NCBI GenBank assembly: GCA_036677365.1
Contig: JAVBWN010000014.1
Coordinates: 127,137-191,136, forward strand
Origin: Acholeplasma sp.
GTDB taxonomy: Bacteria > Bacillota_I > Bacilli_A > Acholeplasmatales > UBA5453
DNA: 64,000 bases
Direction: 5' to 3'
In this document: positions 39,413 to 49,181 of the stretch, piece after piece
Layout of the letters: each line of letters begins with the position of its first letter
How positions within the stretch are numbered: position 1 is the stretch's first letter
The notes under the pieces: model-generated
Database searches by the model: none
Told to the model about the DNA's origin: nothing
What the model saw: the letters and a program-made list of their open reading frames with translations, nothing else
Made by a program: the position numbers and the translations under genes

Positions 39413-40092
39413 TGGAAAACTTTTTAAAATTACCAATGACCAACATCACTTACACCACGGTCTTAATCGTACTTGTGGTGACCACCTTGCTTGGGATGTT
39501 ACTATCCTTAGCACTGGCTTATATTAGACGTAAAGAAGGGTATGATCGTTCATTTGTCGTGACATTATTGTTGTTGCCACTGATCATTTCAATCATCATC
39601 ATGTTGGTCTCCGATAACGTCGCTAGAGCCTTCAGTTTGGCAGGTGTATTCACATTGGTTCGTTTCAGAACAACCATCAGCGACACCAAAGACATCACCT
39701 TCGTCTTTTCAACCGTAGCGATTGGTTTAGCCACAGGGATGGGCTATATTGGTTATGCCATGATCATCACCGCGTTCATTATCGCTGTGCTCTTATTGAT
39801 TCATCTATTCAAACTCGATGAAATCAAAGACAACCATGCGAAACTCAAAATTGTGGTTCCTGAAAGTTTAAATTATGTGGGTGCCTTTGAACCTGTGTTG
39901 ATTGAATATTGTTCGCACGCCAAATTGAAAAAAGTGAAAACCACCGATTTTGGTACCACGTTTGAACTGACCTATTTAATTAATATGAAAAGTGGCATCA
40001 ATCAAAAAATGTTCATCGATGATTTAAGGGTCATCAATGGCAATTTAAACATCATTTTGACCCAGGAGTATCTTGAAAGAGCAGTAGACTAA
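39412..40092 (+). CDS. DUF4956 membrane protein (MgtC-like TMs + ACT-like C-terminus)
   Basis: AFSLAGVFTLVRFRT...DTKDI...GLATGMG; translationally coupled to the VTC gene, its usual partner. Confidence 0.88.
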   Translation: MENFLKLPMTNITYTTVLIVLVVTTLLGMLLSLALAYIRRKEGYDRSFVVTLLLLPLIISIIIMLVSDNVARAFSLAGVFTLVRFRTTISDTKDITFVFSTVAIGLATGMGYIGYAMIITAFIIAVLLLIHLFKLDEIKDNHAKLKIVVPESLNYVGAFEPVLIEYCSHAKLKKVKTTDFGTTFELTYLINMKSGINQKMFIDDLRVINGNLNIILTQEYLERAVD

Positions 40093-40095
40093 ACC

Positions 40096-40527
40096 ATGAA
40101 ATCATTTCAATATCGAATCTCCATTGAAATCGAAGTACCGCGTCAAAAAGTGGTAGAAACGTTGTTTGATTATGACCAATTTGTGAATTACCAAGAACCA
40201 CCCCTCAAGTCTTATACTTTAAAACAAGGTAATTACTTACAACCCAACGCGATTGTCGATTTGGTTTACCTATATAAAAAACAAGAAATTCACATGGCTG
40301 AAATCACCGTTGAATGTGATTTGCCCAACCGTATTCACCAACTTTTCATCTTAGGTGAAGTCAAGAATAAATGCATCTCGCATTTTATTGAGACCAAAAA
40401 AGGCACGCTATGGACCATGGATGTGACCTTTCAGTTTCCTAAAGACGATGGTCAAGACAAACTCGAATACATGAAGAAAACCGAAGAAGACATGGTCACT
40501 TTCAAACATTACGTGGAGAACTTATGA
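40096..40527 (+). CDS. SRPBCC/START-like hypothetical protein
   Basis: ISIEIEVPRQKV start and C-terminal helix MVTFKHYVE, typical of the SRPBCC fold. Confidence 0.6.
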   Translation: MKSFQYRISIEIEVPRQKVVETLFDYDQFVNYQEPPLKSYTLKQGNYLQPNAIVDLVYLYKKQEIHMAEITVECDLPNRIHQLFILGEVKNKCISHFIETKKGTLWTMDVTFQFPKDDGQDKLEYMKKTEEDMVTFKHYVENL

Positions 40528-41012
40528 TCCGATTAGCAACCGAAAAAGACATTAAAGCAATACAAGCCATTTATAAAGACGGTAGGGCACTGATTGCATC
40601 CTACGGGTCACCGCAGTGGCAAAATAATTACCCTATGCTTTCAGTGACATTATCTGACATTGAACAGCATGCATTATACGTCTATGAAGACCAAGATATT
40701 CTAGGTGTCATGACAGTGTTTGATGATGAACCCACCTATAATAAAATTGAAGGGGCTTGGTTATCCAATAGACCTTATAAAGTCATTCACCGCATCGCGA
40801 CCAAAGCAGGCCATTATGGTAAAGGTATCTCAAAATCATTGATTGAATTTGTGTTTACCGATTTGAATGCACAAAGCATTCGTATCGATACCCATGAACT
40901 GAATATACCGATGCAAAACTTACTCAAGAAGATGGATTTCACCTATTGTGGGAAAATCTACTTGAATCAACCCACCGACCGGATGCGACTGGCATATCAA
41001 AAAGACAAATAA
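40524..41012 (+). CDS. GNAT-family N-acetyltransferase
   Basis: IRLAT, QWQNNYP, VIHRIA, GKG, RIDTHELN.PM. Confidence 0.9.
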   Translation: MIRLATEKDIKAIQAIYKDGRALIASYGSPQWQNNYPMLSVTLSDIEQHALYVYEDQDILGVMTVFDDEPTYNKIEGAWLSNRPYKVIHRIATKAGHYGKGISKSLIEFVFTDLNAQSIRIDTHELNIPMQNLLKKMDFTYCGKIYLNQPTDRMRLAYQKDK

Positions 41013-41025
41013 TCGAAAAAAGTCT

Positions 41026-41053
41026 TTGACAAATGAATCATATTCATTATAAT
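41026..41053 (+). promoter_or_regulatory. tRNA promoter
   Basis: TTGACA 41026-41031, 16 bp spacer, TATAAT 41048-41053. Confidence 0.85.
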
Positions 41054-41064
41054 AGATTATGCGT

Positions 41065-41139
41065 GGAGGCTTAGCTCAGCGGGAGAGCACTTGCTTGACG
41101 TGCAAGGGGTCATGGGTTCAATCCCCTTAGCCTCCACCA
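41065..41139 (+). tRNA. tRNA-Val(GAC)
   Basis: Acceptor GGAGGCT/AGCCTCC + ACCA, D arm GCTC/GAGC, anticodon arm CTTGC-TTGACGT-GCAAG, T loop TTCAATC. Confidence 0.95.
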
Positions 41140-41149
41140 TGCATAAGTT

Positions 41150-41206
41150 AAAAACAACACTTCTATCAACTCAAGATGCGTATAAGGAAGTGTTTTTTAT
41201 TTTTTT
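41150..41206 (+). terminator. terminator after the tRNA
   Basis: AACACTTC...GAAGTGTT + long T tract. Confidence 0.7.
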
Positions 41207-41435
41207 AGTGAATGACGAACTAACATAAAAATCTCCTCATTAAAACAATAATGAATACATTCATACTCATAAAACTATTAATAAAAATCATCATATAGGT
41301 ATTTTGAGTATGTTTAAATGAAAAAACAACTAAAAACATAAGGGTCATGAATCTGGATGATCATACGATTGGTTGAGCAAACTATTACAAAAATAAGTTT
41401 GATTGAGCTAAACTACCCTCAAAGGGGGATTTTAT

Positions 41436-41756
41436 ATGAAAAAAATCATCGTTTTACTCGGGCTATTGTTCTCATTCTCATTACTTGTGGGTTGCACAGA
41501 AAAAACACCTGAAGAAGAAGGTAGAACATTTACCCTCGCTGAACTTGCCAATTTTGATGGACAAAGCGGTAGACAAGCGTATGTTGCTGTCGATGGTGTG
41601 GTGTATGATGTCACGAATGCAAGCAACTGGTCGAATGGATCTCATAATGGTCAACGTTTGGCTGGTACGGATGCTTCATCTGTAATTTTGTCGAGCCCAC
41701 ATGGTAAATCTGTACTTGCTGGATTACCTGTGGTAGGGACACTGGTTACCGACTAA
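41436..41756 (+). CDS. cytochrome b5-like heme/steroid-binding lipoprotein
   Basis: Lipobox LVGC; FTLAELANFDG...AYVAVDGVVYDVT...W.NGSH.G..AGTD...SPHG. Confidence 0.88.
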   Translation: MKKIIVLLGLLFSFSLLVGCTEKTPEEEGRTFTLAELANFDGQSGRQAYVAVDGVVYDVTNASNWSNGSHNGQRLAGTDASSVILSSPHGKSVLAGLPVVGTLVTD

Positions 41757-41840
41757 AAAAGTCACGATATTTTAATGAAAACCACTTCATTTGGACCTAT
41801 TTAAAAAGATTCTATATAAAATAAAAAACAGTGGTTTTTC

Positions 41841-41878
41841 GCACCTATAAGCAATTATACGGTGCTTTTTTTTATTTT
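41841..41878 (+). terminator. intrinsic terminator
   Basis: GCACCTATA...TATACGGTGC + T8. Confidence 0.8.
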
Positions 41879-41935
41879 AATCTATAAATTTCTTTGAAAT
41901 TCAAGATATTAAAAACGCTTACAATTTTTATGGGG

Positions 41936-41964
41936 TTTACAAGCAGGATTGATGGTGCTAAAAT
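41936..41964 (+). promoter_or_regulatory. promoter for the 6S-like RNA / acc-fab operon
   Basis: TTTACA 41936-41941, 17 bp spacer, TAAAAT 41959-41964 preceded by an extended TGn. Confidence 0.75.
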
Positions 41965-41970
41965 AGGTGC

Positions 41971-42164
41971 ATGCACGTATATTTTGAACATCAAAACAAC
42001 TTATGCGTTAACGGGGGAGATGGTAACCATTCTACCGCGGATCATGATAAACCTTCCAACATTAAACACCTATCCACGTAGAATACCAGACTGAATTGCT
42101 TCACCACAAGCGCGACCACTTATCTTGGGCAAGGCCTCAATTTAACTAAGGATCGTGATTGTGT
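41971..42164 (+). ncRNA. ssrS: probable 6S RNA
   Basis: About 195-nt rod: TTGA/TCAA flanking a central bubble, TGCGTT/AGCGCG, GGGGGAG/CTTCACC, TGGT/ACCA, ATTCTAC/GTAGAAT, GGAT/ATCC. TGAACAT, GGGAG and CCAC..GG..TCAA motifs resemble Bacillota 6S. Confidence 0.65.
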
Positions 42165-42198
42165 AAACACACACTTTATAGAAAGAGAACAGAGAATT

Positions 42199-42660
42199 AT
42201 GACCATAAAAGAACTGCAAGCCATCATCAAAGACATCGAGAATTCGCCTTTGATGACTTTAGAGCTTGAAATGGAAGATTTCAAACTCAAATTATCGAAA
42301 AACAAATTCGAACCTACCCAAGTATTACAACCAGTTAATACCCCTGTGGCTGCCCCAGTTGCACCACAACCTTCAGCCCCAGTGTCTGAAGTTAAGCAAT
42401 CCCTAAATACACCGAAAAACACCATTAAATCCCCATTAGTCGGGACATTTTACGCATCCGCAACCATCAATGGCAATCCATATGTAGAAGTTGGACAACC
42501 TGTGAAAAAGGGCCAAGTCGTCTGCATCATTGAAGCGATGAAAATCATGAACGAAATTACCTCACCTTTCGATGGGGTCGTTAAAGAGATTTTCGTCAGA
42601 AACGGTGAGGTCGTGGGCTTTGACCACGAACTGATGGTTGTGTCGGAAAATGAAAAATAA
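42199..42660 (+). CDS. accB: acetyl-CoA carboxylase biotin carboxyl carrier protein
   Basis: SPLVGTFY, biotinylation motif EAMKIMN. Confidence 0.96.
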   Translation: MTIKELQAIIKDIENSPLMTLELEMEDFKLKLSKNKFEPTQVLQPVNTPVAAPVAPQPSAPVSEVKQSLNTPKNTIKSPLVGTFYASATINGNPYVEVGQPVKKGQVVCIIEAMKIMNEITSPFDGVVKEIFVRNGEVVGFDHELMVVSENEK

Positions 42661-44014
42661 AATCTTAATCGCGAACCGTGGCGAGATTGCTGTTAGAATC
42701 ATTCGAGCAGCCAAAGAACTCGGCATTGAAACGGTCGCCGTCTATTCCCTAGCGGATAAAGACGCACTGCATGTGAAACTCGCGGATGAAGCCGTATGTA
42801 TCGGTAAAGAAAAATCCAAAGAGTCTTATTTGAACATGAATGCAGTGTTATCAGCAGCTGTGGCTACTGGGTGTAATGCCATTCACCCAGGGTACGGTTT
42901 TTTATCCGAAAATGCGAAATTTGTCGAAATGGTGGAATCCATTCAAATCAAATTCATCGGACCCAACTCACAAACCATCCAGTTGATTGGTGATAAAGCC
43001 AGCGCAAGATCGATTGCGAAAGCCAATGGGGTGCCTGTGGTTGAAGGGTCTGATGGGATTTTGGAAGATGTCCATGAAGCCATTAAGATTGCGAAAAAAA
43101 TAGGTTATCCAGTGATGATTAAAGCCACCTCAGGTGGGGGTGGTAAAGGGATCAGTATTGCACGCTCTGACGAAGAACTCATGAGTGCCTTTGAGCGTAC
43201 CCAATTGGAAGCTTTATCTTCCTTTGGTGACAAATCACTTTATATTGAAAAATTCATTGAATCACCAAAACACATTGAAATTCAAATCATGGGGGACGCG
43301 TTTGGTAACGTCGTTCACCTCTTTGAGCGCGACTGTTCAACCCAAAGAAGAAACCAAAAGATGATTGAAGAAGCACCTTCACCAGTCCTCAATGAGATCT
43401 TAAGAAAAAAGATTGGGCAATCGGCGGTTAAACTCGCCAAAGCCATCAATTATGAAAATGCCGGAACGATGGAGTTTTTAGTCGACCCTAAAGGCAATTA
43501 TTATTTCATTGAAATGAATACAAGAATTCAAGTCGAACACCCTGTGACAGAACTCATCACTGGCATCGATTTAGTGAAAGAACAAATCAAAGTGGCTTAT
43601 GGCAAGCCATTATCCTTCAAACAAAAAGACTTGGTCATTTTAGGCCACGCGATTGAATGTCGAATCAATGCCGAAGACCCAAGTAAAGGCTTCATTCCTA
43701 CCCCAGGTAAAATCTTGAATGTATTATTCCCTGGTGGTAATGGCGTCCGCATGGATACCCATATTTACCCAGGGTATGTCGTCCCGCCATTTTACGATTC
43801 GATGTTGGCGAAACTGATTGTGTTCGCACCCAATCGTAAAGAAGCGATTAAAAAAATGCGTGTTGCATTAGAACAATTTGTCATCGAAGGCATTTCAACC
43901 AACATTGAATACCAATACTTGATCATGCATGATTTAGAATTCATCAAAGGTCAATACGATACTGGTTTTATCGCAAAATTCAACGCGAGATATGAGGCGA
44001 AGCGCAATGAGTGA
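42650..44014 (+). CDS. accC: acetyl-CoA carboxylase biotin carboxylase
   Basis: ANRGEIA, HPGYGFLSEN, GGGGKG, ERDCS, EMNTRIQVEHPVTE. Confidence 0.97.
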   Translation: MKNKILIANRGEIAVRIIRAAKELGIETVAVYSLADKDALHVKLADEAVCIGKEKSKESYLNMNAVLSAAVATGCNAIHPGYGFLSENAKFVEMVESIQIKFIGPNSQTIQLIGDKASARSIAKANGVPVVEGSDGILEDVHEAIKIAKKIGYPVMIKATSGGGGKGISIARSDEELMSAFERTQLEALSSFGDKSLYIEKFIESPKHIEIQIMGDAFGNVVHLFERDCSTQRRNQKMIEEAPSPVLNEILRKKIGQSAVKLAKAINYENAGTMEFLVDPKGNYYFIEMNTRIQVEHPVTELITGIDLVKEQIKVAYGKPLSFKQKDLVILGHAIECRINAEDPSKGFIPTPGKILNVLFPGGNGVRMDTHIYPGYVVPPFYDSMLAKLIVFAPNRKEAIKKMRVALEQFVIEGISTNIEYQYLIMHDLEFIKGQYDTGFIAKFNARYEAKRNE

Positions 44015-44879
44015 TTTCATCAGCGAACGCAAGAAGCGGATTCAGGAATTCAAAGACCGCTTTTTTGGTAAAGATAAAAGCAAACCCATCGACATTCCCG
44101 ATGGGCTCTTCGTTAAATGTGACGAGTGTGGGACAGCACTCTATGAAAAAGAGTTAGAACAAAAGTTATCGGTTTGTCCAAATTGTGGCCACCATTTTCG
44201 TATTGGTGCCCGTAAACGTATAACCATCACCGTCGATGCGGGGTCTTTTTGTGAAGTCGATCAAGACCTCATTTCAGTGAACCCTTTATCGATGCCAGAC
44301 TATGAAGTGAAAATCGCTTCAGCGAAAAAACTCACGAATCAAAATGAAGCTTTTGTTGGCGGTTCTGCCACGATTTTTGGATACCCATGTTATATTGGTG
44401 TCTTAGACAGCTATTTCATGATGGGATCCATGGGCAGTGTGGTCGGTGAAAAAGTGACCCGATTGATTGAACGTGCGACCAAAGACAAACGCCCACTCGT
44501 GTTATTTTCAGCCTCAGGCGGTGCCCGTATGCAAGAAGGGATTTTATCTTTGATGCAGATGGCGAAGACCTCAGGTGCATTATTTTATTTAAATCAAGCC
44601 GGTGTGTTATTCATCAGCATCCTAACCAACCCAACCACCGGTGGGGTTGCAGCGAGCTTTGCCTCCTTGGGGGATATCAACATCGCTGAAAAAACAGCCA
44701 CCATCGGGTTTGCTGGGGCACGTGTCATCAAACAAACCATCAAACAAGATTTACCACCACATTTCCAAACGGCAGAGTTTCAACTCGAAAAAGGACAAGT
44801 CGATTTGGTGTTATCCAGACACGACATCCGTCCAACACTCGCTAAACTCTTGTTATTCCATGGAGGTCAACATGTCTAA
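44007..44879 (+). CDS. accD: acetyl-CoA carboxylase carboxyltransferase beta
   Basis: Zn finger CDEC...[29 protein letters not shown]. Confidence 0.97.
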   Translation: MSDFISERKKRIQEFKDRFFGKDKSKPIDIPDGLFVKCDECGTALYEKELEQKLSVCPNCGHHFRIGARKRITITVDAGSFCEVDQDLISVNPLSMPDYEVKIASAKKLTNQNEAFVGGSATIFGYPCYIGVLDSYFMMGSMGSVVGEKVTRLIERATKDKRPLVLFSASGGARMQEGILSLMQMAKTSGALFYLNQAGVLFISILTNPTTGGVAASFASLGDINIAEKTATIGFAGARVIKQTIKQDLPPHFQTAEFQLEKGQVDLVLSRHDIRPTLAKLLLFHGGQHV

Positions 44880-45693
44880 TACCGCGTGGCAACATGTTCA
44901 ACTGGCCAGACACCCAAAAAGACCGACCAGCCGTGTCTTGATCAACACGTTATTCGACGATTTTATCGAATTGCACGGGGACAGACAATTTAGAGATGAC
45001 GTGTCCATCATTGGTGGGATCGCCACTTTAAATGGAATTCCAGTCACCATCATCGCTGAAGAAAAAGGCGATTCAACCAACGATAAGATCTTACACAACT
45101 TTGGTATGCCACACCCTGAAGGCTACCGTAAAGCCTTGAGATTGATGAAACAAGCAGAAAAATTCAAACGCCCAATCATCACGATCATCGATACCCCAGG
45201 GGCTTACCCTGGTTTAGGGGCAGAAGAACGTGGGCAAGCCCAAGCCATCGCTTTAAACTTACAAGAAATGATGGGCTTGAAGGTACCTATTTTGGTTATT
45301 GTACTGTCTGAAGGGGGGTCCGGTGGTGCTTTAGCCATTGGCGTGGGTGACCATGTCATGATGTTTGAACACAGCATCTATTCGATTTTATCCCCTGAAG
45401 GCTTCGCCTCGATTTTATTCAAAGACGCCAAACAGGCGGAACACGCCGCCTCATTGATGAAACTCACAGCGAAAGATTTACTTGATTTCAATGTGATCGA
45501 TGAAATTATCCCTGAAGGCTTAGGCTTACATGAGTCTAAGGAAGGTTTATTCCATTTAAAGAGTGCCCTTTCCTTTAAAATGGCTCAAATCATCCAAGAG
45601 AAAACCAGTGTTATTTTACAAAAGAGATATCAAAAATACCGTCAAATGGGCGTATTTTTAGAAGGAGTAACCATTGAACACACACAACATTAA
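44872..45693 (+). CDS. accA: acetyl-CoA carboxylase carboxyltransferase alpha
   Basis: [38 protein letters not shown]; start at ATG 44872 after GGAGG. Confidence 0.96.
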   Translation: MSNTAWQHVQLARHPKRPTSRVLINTLFDDFIELHGDRQFRDDVSIIGGIATLNGIPVTIIAEEKGDSTNDKILHNFGMPHPEGYRKALRLMKQAEKFKRPIITIIDTPGAYPGLGAEERGQAQAIALNLQEMMGLKVPILVIVLSEGGSGGALAIGVGDHVMMFEHSIYSILSPEGFASILFKDAKQAEHAASLMKLTAKDLLDFNVIDEIIPEGLGLHESKEGLFHLKSALSFKMAQIIQEKTSVILQKRYQKYRQMGVFLEGVTIEHTQH

Positions 45694-46594
45694 GGTGGTG
45701 GCTTCTGGGAAATATGCCCCAGAAAAAATCATTACGAATAAAGATTTAGAAGCGATTGTGGAAACCTCAGACGAATGGATTCGTACGAGAACCGGGATCC
45801 ATGAAAGAAGAAAAGCAGAAACTGAAACGTCTACAGATATGGCGTATTACGCTGCATTAAACGCGATTGAAACGTATGGGTATGACAAATCCAAAATCGA
45901 TTTGGTGATCGTCGCAACCATCACGTCAGAACGTCAAACCCCCTCAGTAGCGAATTTAGTGATGGGTCGTTTGGGCCTAAGGGAAGGCATCATGAGCTTT
46001 GATGTGAATGCAGCATGCACCGGCTTTGTTTATGCCTTAGAAATTGCTTCTTCACTCATCTCAACCAACCAATACAAGAGTGCTTTGGTGGTCGGGTCTG
46101 AACGGTTATCTTCGGTTTTAGATTATACCGATCGAAACACATGTATTTTATTTGGGGATGGCGCTGGCGCGGTCATCATTGAACAAAATATAAATGCCAA
46201 AGCCTCTTACTACAATGCTTCAAAAGCCGATATGACCGACATTTTAACGGTGGATAAAACCATTCGCATGGATGGTAAAAAAGTATATGTCTTCGCCACC
46301 GATGTTGTTGAAAAAAGCATCCGACACATCCTAGAAGTCAATCACTTAACGATCGATGATATCGATGCGATCTTGCCGCACCAAGCGAATGAAAGAATCA
46401 TTCAATCGGTTGCGAAATCGATGGATATCCCGATGTCTAAGTTTGAACTCAATATCGCAACCTATGGCAACACTTCTGCAGCGAGCATCCCCATCCTCAT
46501 TGCAGAATATATGACAAAACATCAAAATAAACGGGTCCTCTTGGTAGGGTTCGGCGGTGGATTCACTTGGGGTTCCGCCATCATCGAGGTCTAA
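45674..46594 (+). CDS. fabH: 3-oxoacyl-ACP synthase III
   Basis: [34 protein letters not shown]. Confidence 0.96.
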   Translation: MNTHNIKVVASGKYAPEKIITNKDLEAIVETSDEWIRTRTGIHERRKAETETSTDMAYYAALNAIETYGYDKSKIDLVIVATITSERQTPSVANLVMGRLGLREGIMSFDVNAACTGFVYALEIASSLISTNQYKSALVVGSERLSSVLDYTDRNTCILFGDGAGAVIIEQNINAKASYYNASKADMTDILTVDKTIRMDGKKVYVFATDVVEKSIRHILEVNHLTIDDIDAILPHQANERIIQSVAKSMDIPMSKFELNIATYGNTSAASIPILIAEYMTKHQNKRVLLVGFGGGFTWGSAIIEV

Positions 46595-46595
46595 T

Positions 46596-47528
46596 ATGAA
46601 AAACATCACAGAAATTTTAGGAACGAAGTACCCCATCATTCAAGGTGGGATGGCGAACATCGCGAACGCCGTGTTGGCCAGTGCCGTATCGAATGCGGGT
46701 GGTCTCGGTTTAATCGGGGCCGGTGGTTATGACGCTGAATGGGTCAGAACCGAAATCCGTAAATGTAAAGCCCTAACGAATCAACCCTTTGGGGTTAACA
46801 TCATGTTGATGAGCCCACATGCGAAAGACATCGCACAAGTGGTCATCGATGAAGGTGTAAAAATTGTCACTACAGGCGCAGGTTCCCCAGGGATTTACAT
46901 TCCTGCATGGAAAGCCGCAGGCATCAAAGTCATTCCTGTGGTACCCTCAGTCGCCTTAGCTGTGCGCATGGCACGGGCTGGGGTAGACGCCGTGATTGCT
47001 GAAGGGACTGAATCGGGAGGTCATATTGGTGAACTGACCACCATGGCACTCATCCCGCAAGTCGCTGATGCGGTTTCAATCCCAGTGATTGCTGCCGGTG
47101 GGATTGCCGATCAACGGGGTGTCCTCGCCGCTTTCGCTTTAGGTGCGAAAGGGGTTCAAGTCGGTACAGTCTTACTCGCAACCAAAGAATGCCCAATTCA
47201 TGATAACTATAAACAAATTGTGGTGGATGCGAAAGATACCGATACCGTGGTTACAGGTAGAGGGACTGGCGCACCTGTACGCGTTTTAAAAAATAAAATG
47301 GCCGTTGAATACTTAAGAATCGCTGAACAAGGGGTGCCACTCGCTGAACTTGAGAAATTGACCTTAGGTTCTTTGAGAAGAGCTGTGTTTGATGGCGATA
47401 TCGACCGTGGTTCATTCATGGCGGGTCAAATCTCTGGTTTAATTAAAGAAATCAAACCAGTTCAACAAGTCTTGTCTGAATTGTTCGATGGTGTCGACCA
47501 ATACAGACAACAATTGAGTGTGTTATGA
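46596..47528 (+). CDS. fabK: enoyl-ACP reductase II
   Basis: YPIIQGGMA, PFGVNIML, EGTESGGHIG, AAGGIAD, MAGQ. Confidence 0.92.
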   Translation: MKNITEILGTKYPIIQGGMANIANAVLASAVSNAGGLGLIGAGGYDAEWVRTEIRKCKALTNQPFGVNIMLMSPHAKDIAQVVIDEGVKIVTTGAGSPGIYIPAWKAAGIKVIPVVPSVALAVRMARAGVDAVIAEGTESGGHIGELTTMALIPQVADAVSIPVIAAGGIADQRGVLAAFALGAKGVQVGTVLLATKECPIHDNYKQIVVDAKDTDTVVTGRGTGAPVRVLKNKMAVEYLRIAEQGVPLAELEKLTLGSLRRAVFDGDIDRGSFMAGQISGLIKEIKPVQQVLSELFDGVDQYRQQLSVL

Positions 47529-48454
47529 TGGGTAAACTCGCGTTATTATTTCCAGGTCAAGGAGCACAATACGTTGGGATGGGTTTGGACTTTCCAAATC
47601 ACCAAGCGCTATTGGCATTGGCTCAGGAGGATACAGGCTTAAATATTTTACATGCCATCACAACCGGTGAAGGTTTGAATGAAACGTTATACACCCAATT
47701 ATCGGTATTTCTAACTTCCGTGCTCGCTTTGGAAGTGGTCGAATCCTTAAAACCCAAATATGAAGCGTTAACCGGGTTCAGTCTAGGGGAGTATTCAGGG
47801 TTATTCGCTTCTGGTGTATTATCGCTTGAAGACGCGATTAGACTGATCCATCAACGCTCTACTTTTATGCAAGGTGAGACACTCAAATCACAAGGTTTTA
47901 TGGCCGCGGTTTTAGGGCTAAGTGCGAGTGAAGTCGATGCGGGGTTAGCCAAAGTCACTTCCGGTCAAGTCGTTTGTGCGAACTACAATAGTCCGATTCA
48001 AACGGTCATCAGCGGCGAAGAAGTTGCATTTGTTGAGGCTGAACAAATCCTTAAAGGGTTGGGTGCGAAACGCGTGATTAAACTATCTGTATCTGGGGCA
48101 TTCCATTCCCCACTCATGAAAGAAGCCGGATTGAAACTGTCTGAATACTTAAAGACAATCACCCTTCAATCGCCAAAAGTATCTGTATACTTAAATACCA
48201 CGGCACAACCTTTAACCATCGAAACCTTAAAGGCTGAAATGACTTTACAGGTCTATAGTTCGGTGCGTTTTCAACCCACCATTGAACACATGGTGAAAGC
48301 AGGGTTTACCCACTTTTTAGAGATTGGTCCAGGTCAAGTCTTAGGACCGTTGGTTAAAAAGATTGACCCAACACTGGAAACCTTCAGTTTTGGTAAATAT
48401 AGTGAATTAGAAAACTTGAAAGGATGGTTAACAACCCATGGATTTATCCAATAA
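47525..48454 (+). CDS. fabD: malonyl-CoA:ACP transacylase
   Basis: FPGQGAQ, GFSLGEY, VSGAFHS, EIGPG. Confidence 0.95.
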   Translation: MMGKLALLFPGQGAQYVGMGLDFPNHQALLALAQEDTGLNILHAITTGEGLNETLYTQLSVFLTSVLALEVVESLKPKYEALTGFSLGEYSGLFASGVLSLEDAIRLIHQRSTFMQGETLKSQGFMAAVLGLSASEVDAGLAKVTSGQVVCANYNSPIQTVISGEEVAFVEAEQILKGLGAKRVIKLSVSGAFHSPLMKEAGLKLSEYLKTITLQSPKVSVYLNTTAQPLTIETLKAEMTLQVYSSVRFQPTIEHMVKAGFTHFLEIGPGQVLGPLVKKIDPTLETFSFGKYSELENLKGWLTTHGFIQ

Positions 48455-49181
48455 AGTAGCAATCATCACAGGCGGTGCCGCTGGGATCGGCCGCGCCATC
48501 ACCAAGACTTTGGCATCGTATGGTGCGAAAGTGGTCATCAACTACAACCGCTCTGCAGAAGCAGCGGAATCATTACAAAAAGAAATTGAATCGAGTGGTG
48601 GTGAAGCCCTCATTGTCCAAGCCGATATTTCCAAATTCGCTGACGCTGAGAAATTGGTATTGGCAACCATTGAACGCTTTGGTACCATCCATATTTTGGT
48701 TAACAACGCCGGCATCACCGATGACGCGCTCATCTTACGGATGAATGAAACCCAATTTGACCGTGTCATCGATACCAACCTTAAAGGCGTATGGAACGTG
48801 ACCAAACACGCCGCGAAAACCCTATTAAAATCCGGGTATGGTCGTGTAATCAATATCTCATCGGTTTCTGGTGTGTTAGGCAACGCTGGACAAACCAATT
48901 ACAGTGCCGCCAAAGCTGGTGTCATTGGTTTGACCAAAGCCTTAGCGAGAGAATTTGCTTCCCGAGAAGTGACTGTAAACGCAGTGGCTCCAGGGTTCAT
49001 TGAAACCGATATGACCAGAAAACTATCGGATGATATTCGCAACCAGTGGCAAGCCCAAATCCCACTTAAACGCTTTGGTCAAGATACTGAAGTTGCTGAA
49101 GTGGTGGCCTTTCTCGCAAGCCCGCGTGGGGCGTACATTACAGGCCACACATTGGAAGTTGATGGCGGGTTGGTGATGTAA
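48438..49181 (+). CDS. fabG: 3-oxoacyl-ACP reductase
   Basis: TGGAAGIG, NNAGIT, NYSAAKAG, VAPGFIETDMT. Confidence 0.95.
   Translation: MDLSNKVAIITGGAAGIGRAITKTLASYGAKVVINYNRSAEAAESLQKEIESSGGEALIVQADISKFADAEKLVLATIERFGTIHILVNNAGITDDALILRMNETQFDRVIDTNLKGVWNVTKHAAKTLLKSGYGRVINISSVSGVLGNAGQTNYSAAKAGVIGLTKALAREFASREVTVNAVAPGFIETDMTRKLSDDIRNQWQAQIPLKRFGQDTEVAEVVAFLASPRGAYITGHTLEVDGGLVM

Noticed and set aside
41033..41265. ATGAAT...ATTCAT palindromes near the tRNA as extra TetR operators
   Set aside because: Spacers of 3 and 2 bp differ from the 4-bp spacer at 28308, and the context is AT-rich.
41777..41839. AAAACCACT...AGTGGTTTT inverted repeat as a MITE
   Set aside because: Only 9-bp arms, no target duplication and no second copy seen in the window.
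41894..42094. 66-aa ORF upstream of accB
   Set aside because: TTG start without an RBS, begins upstream of the promoter, and the region is better explained by nested RNA helices.
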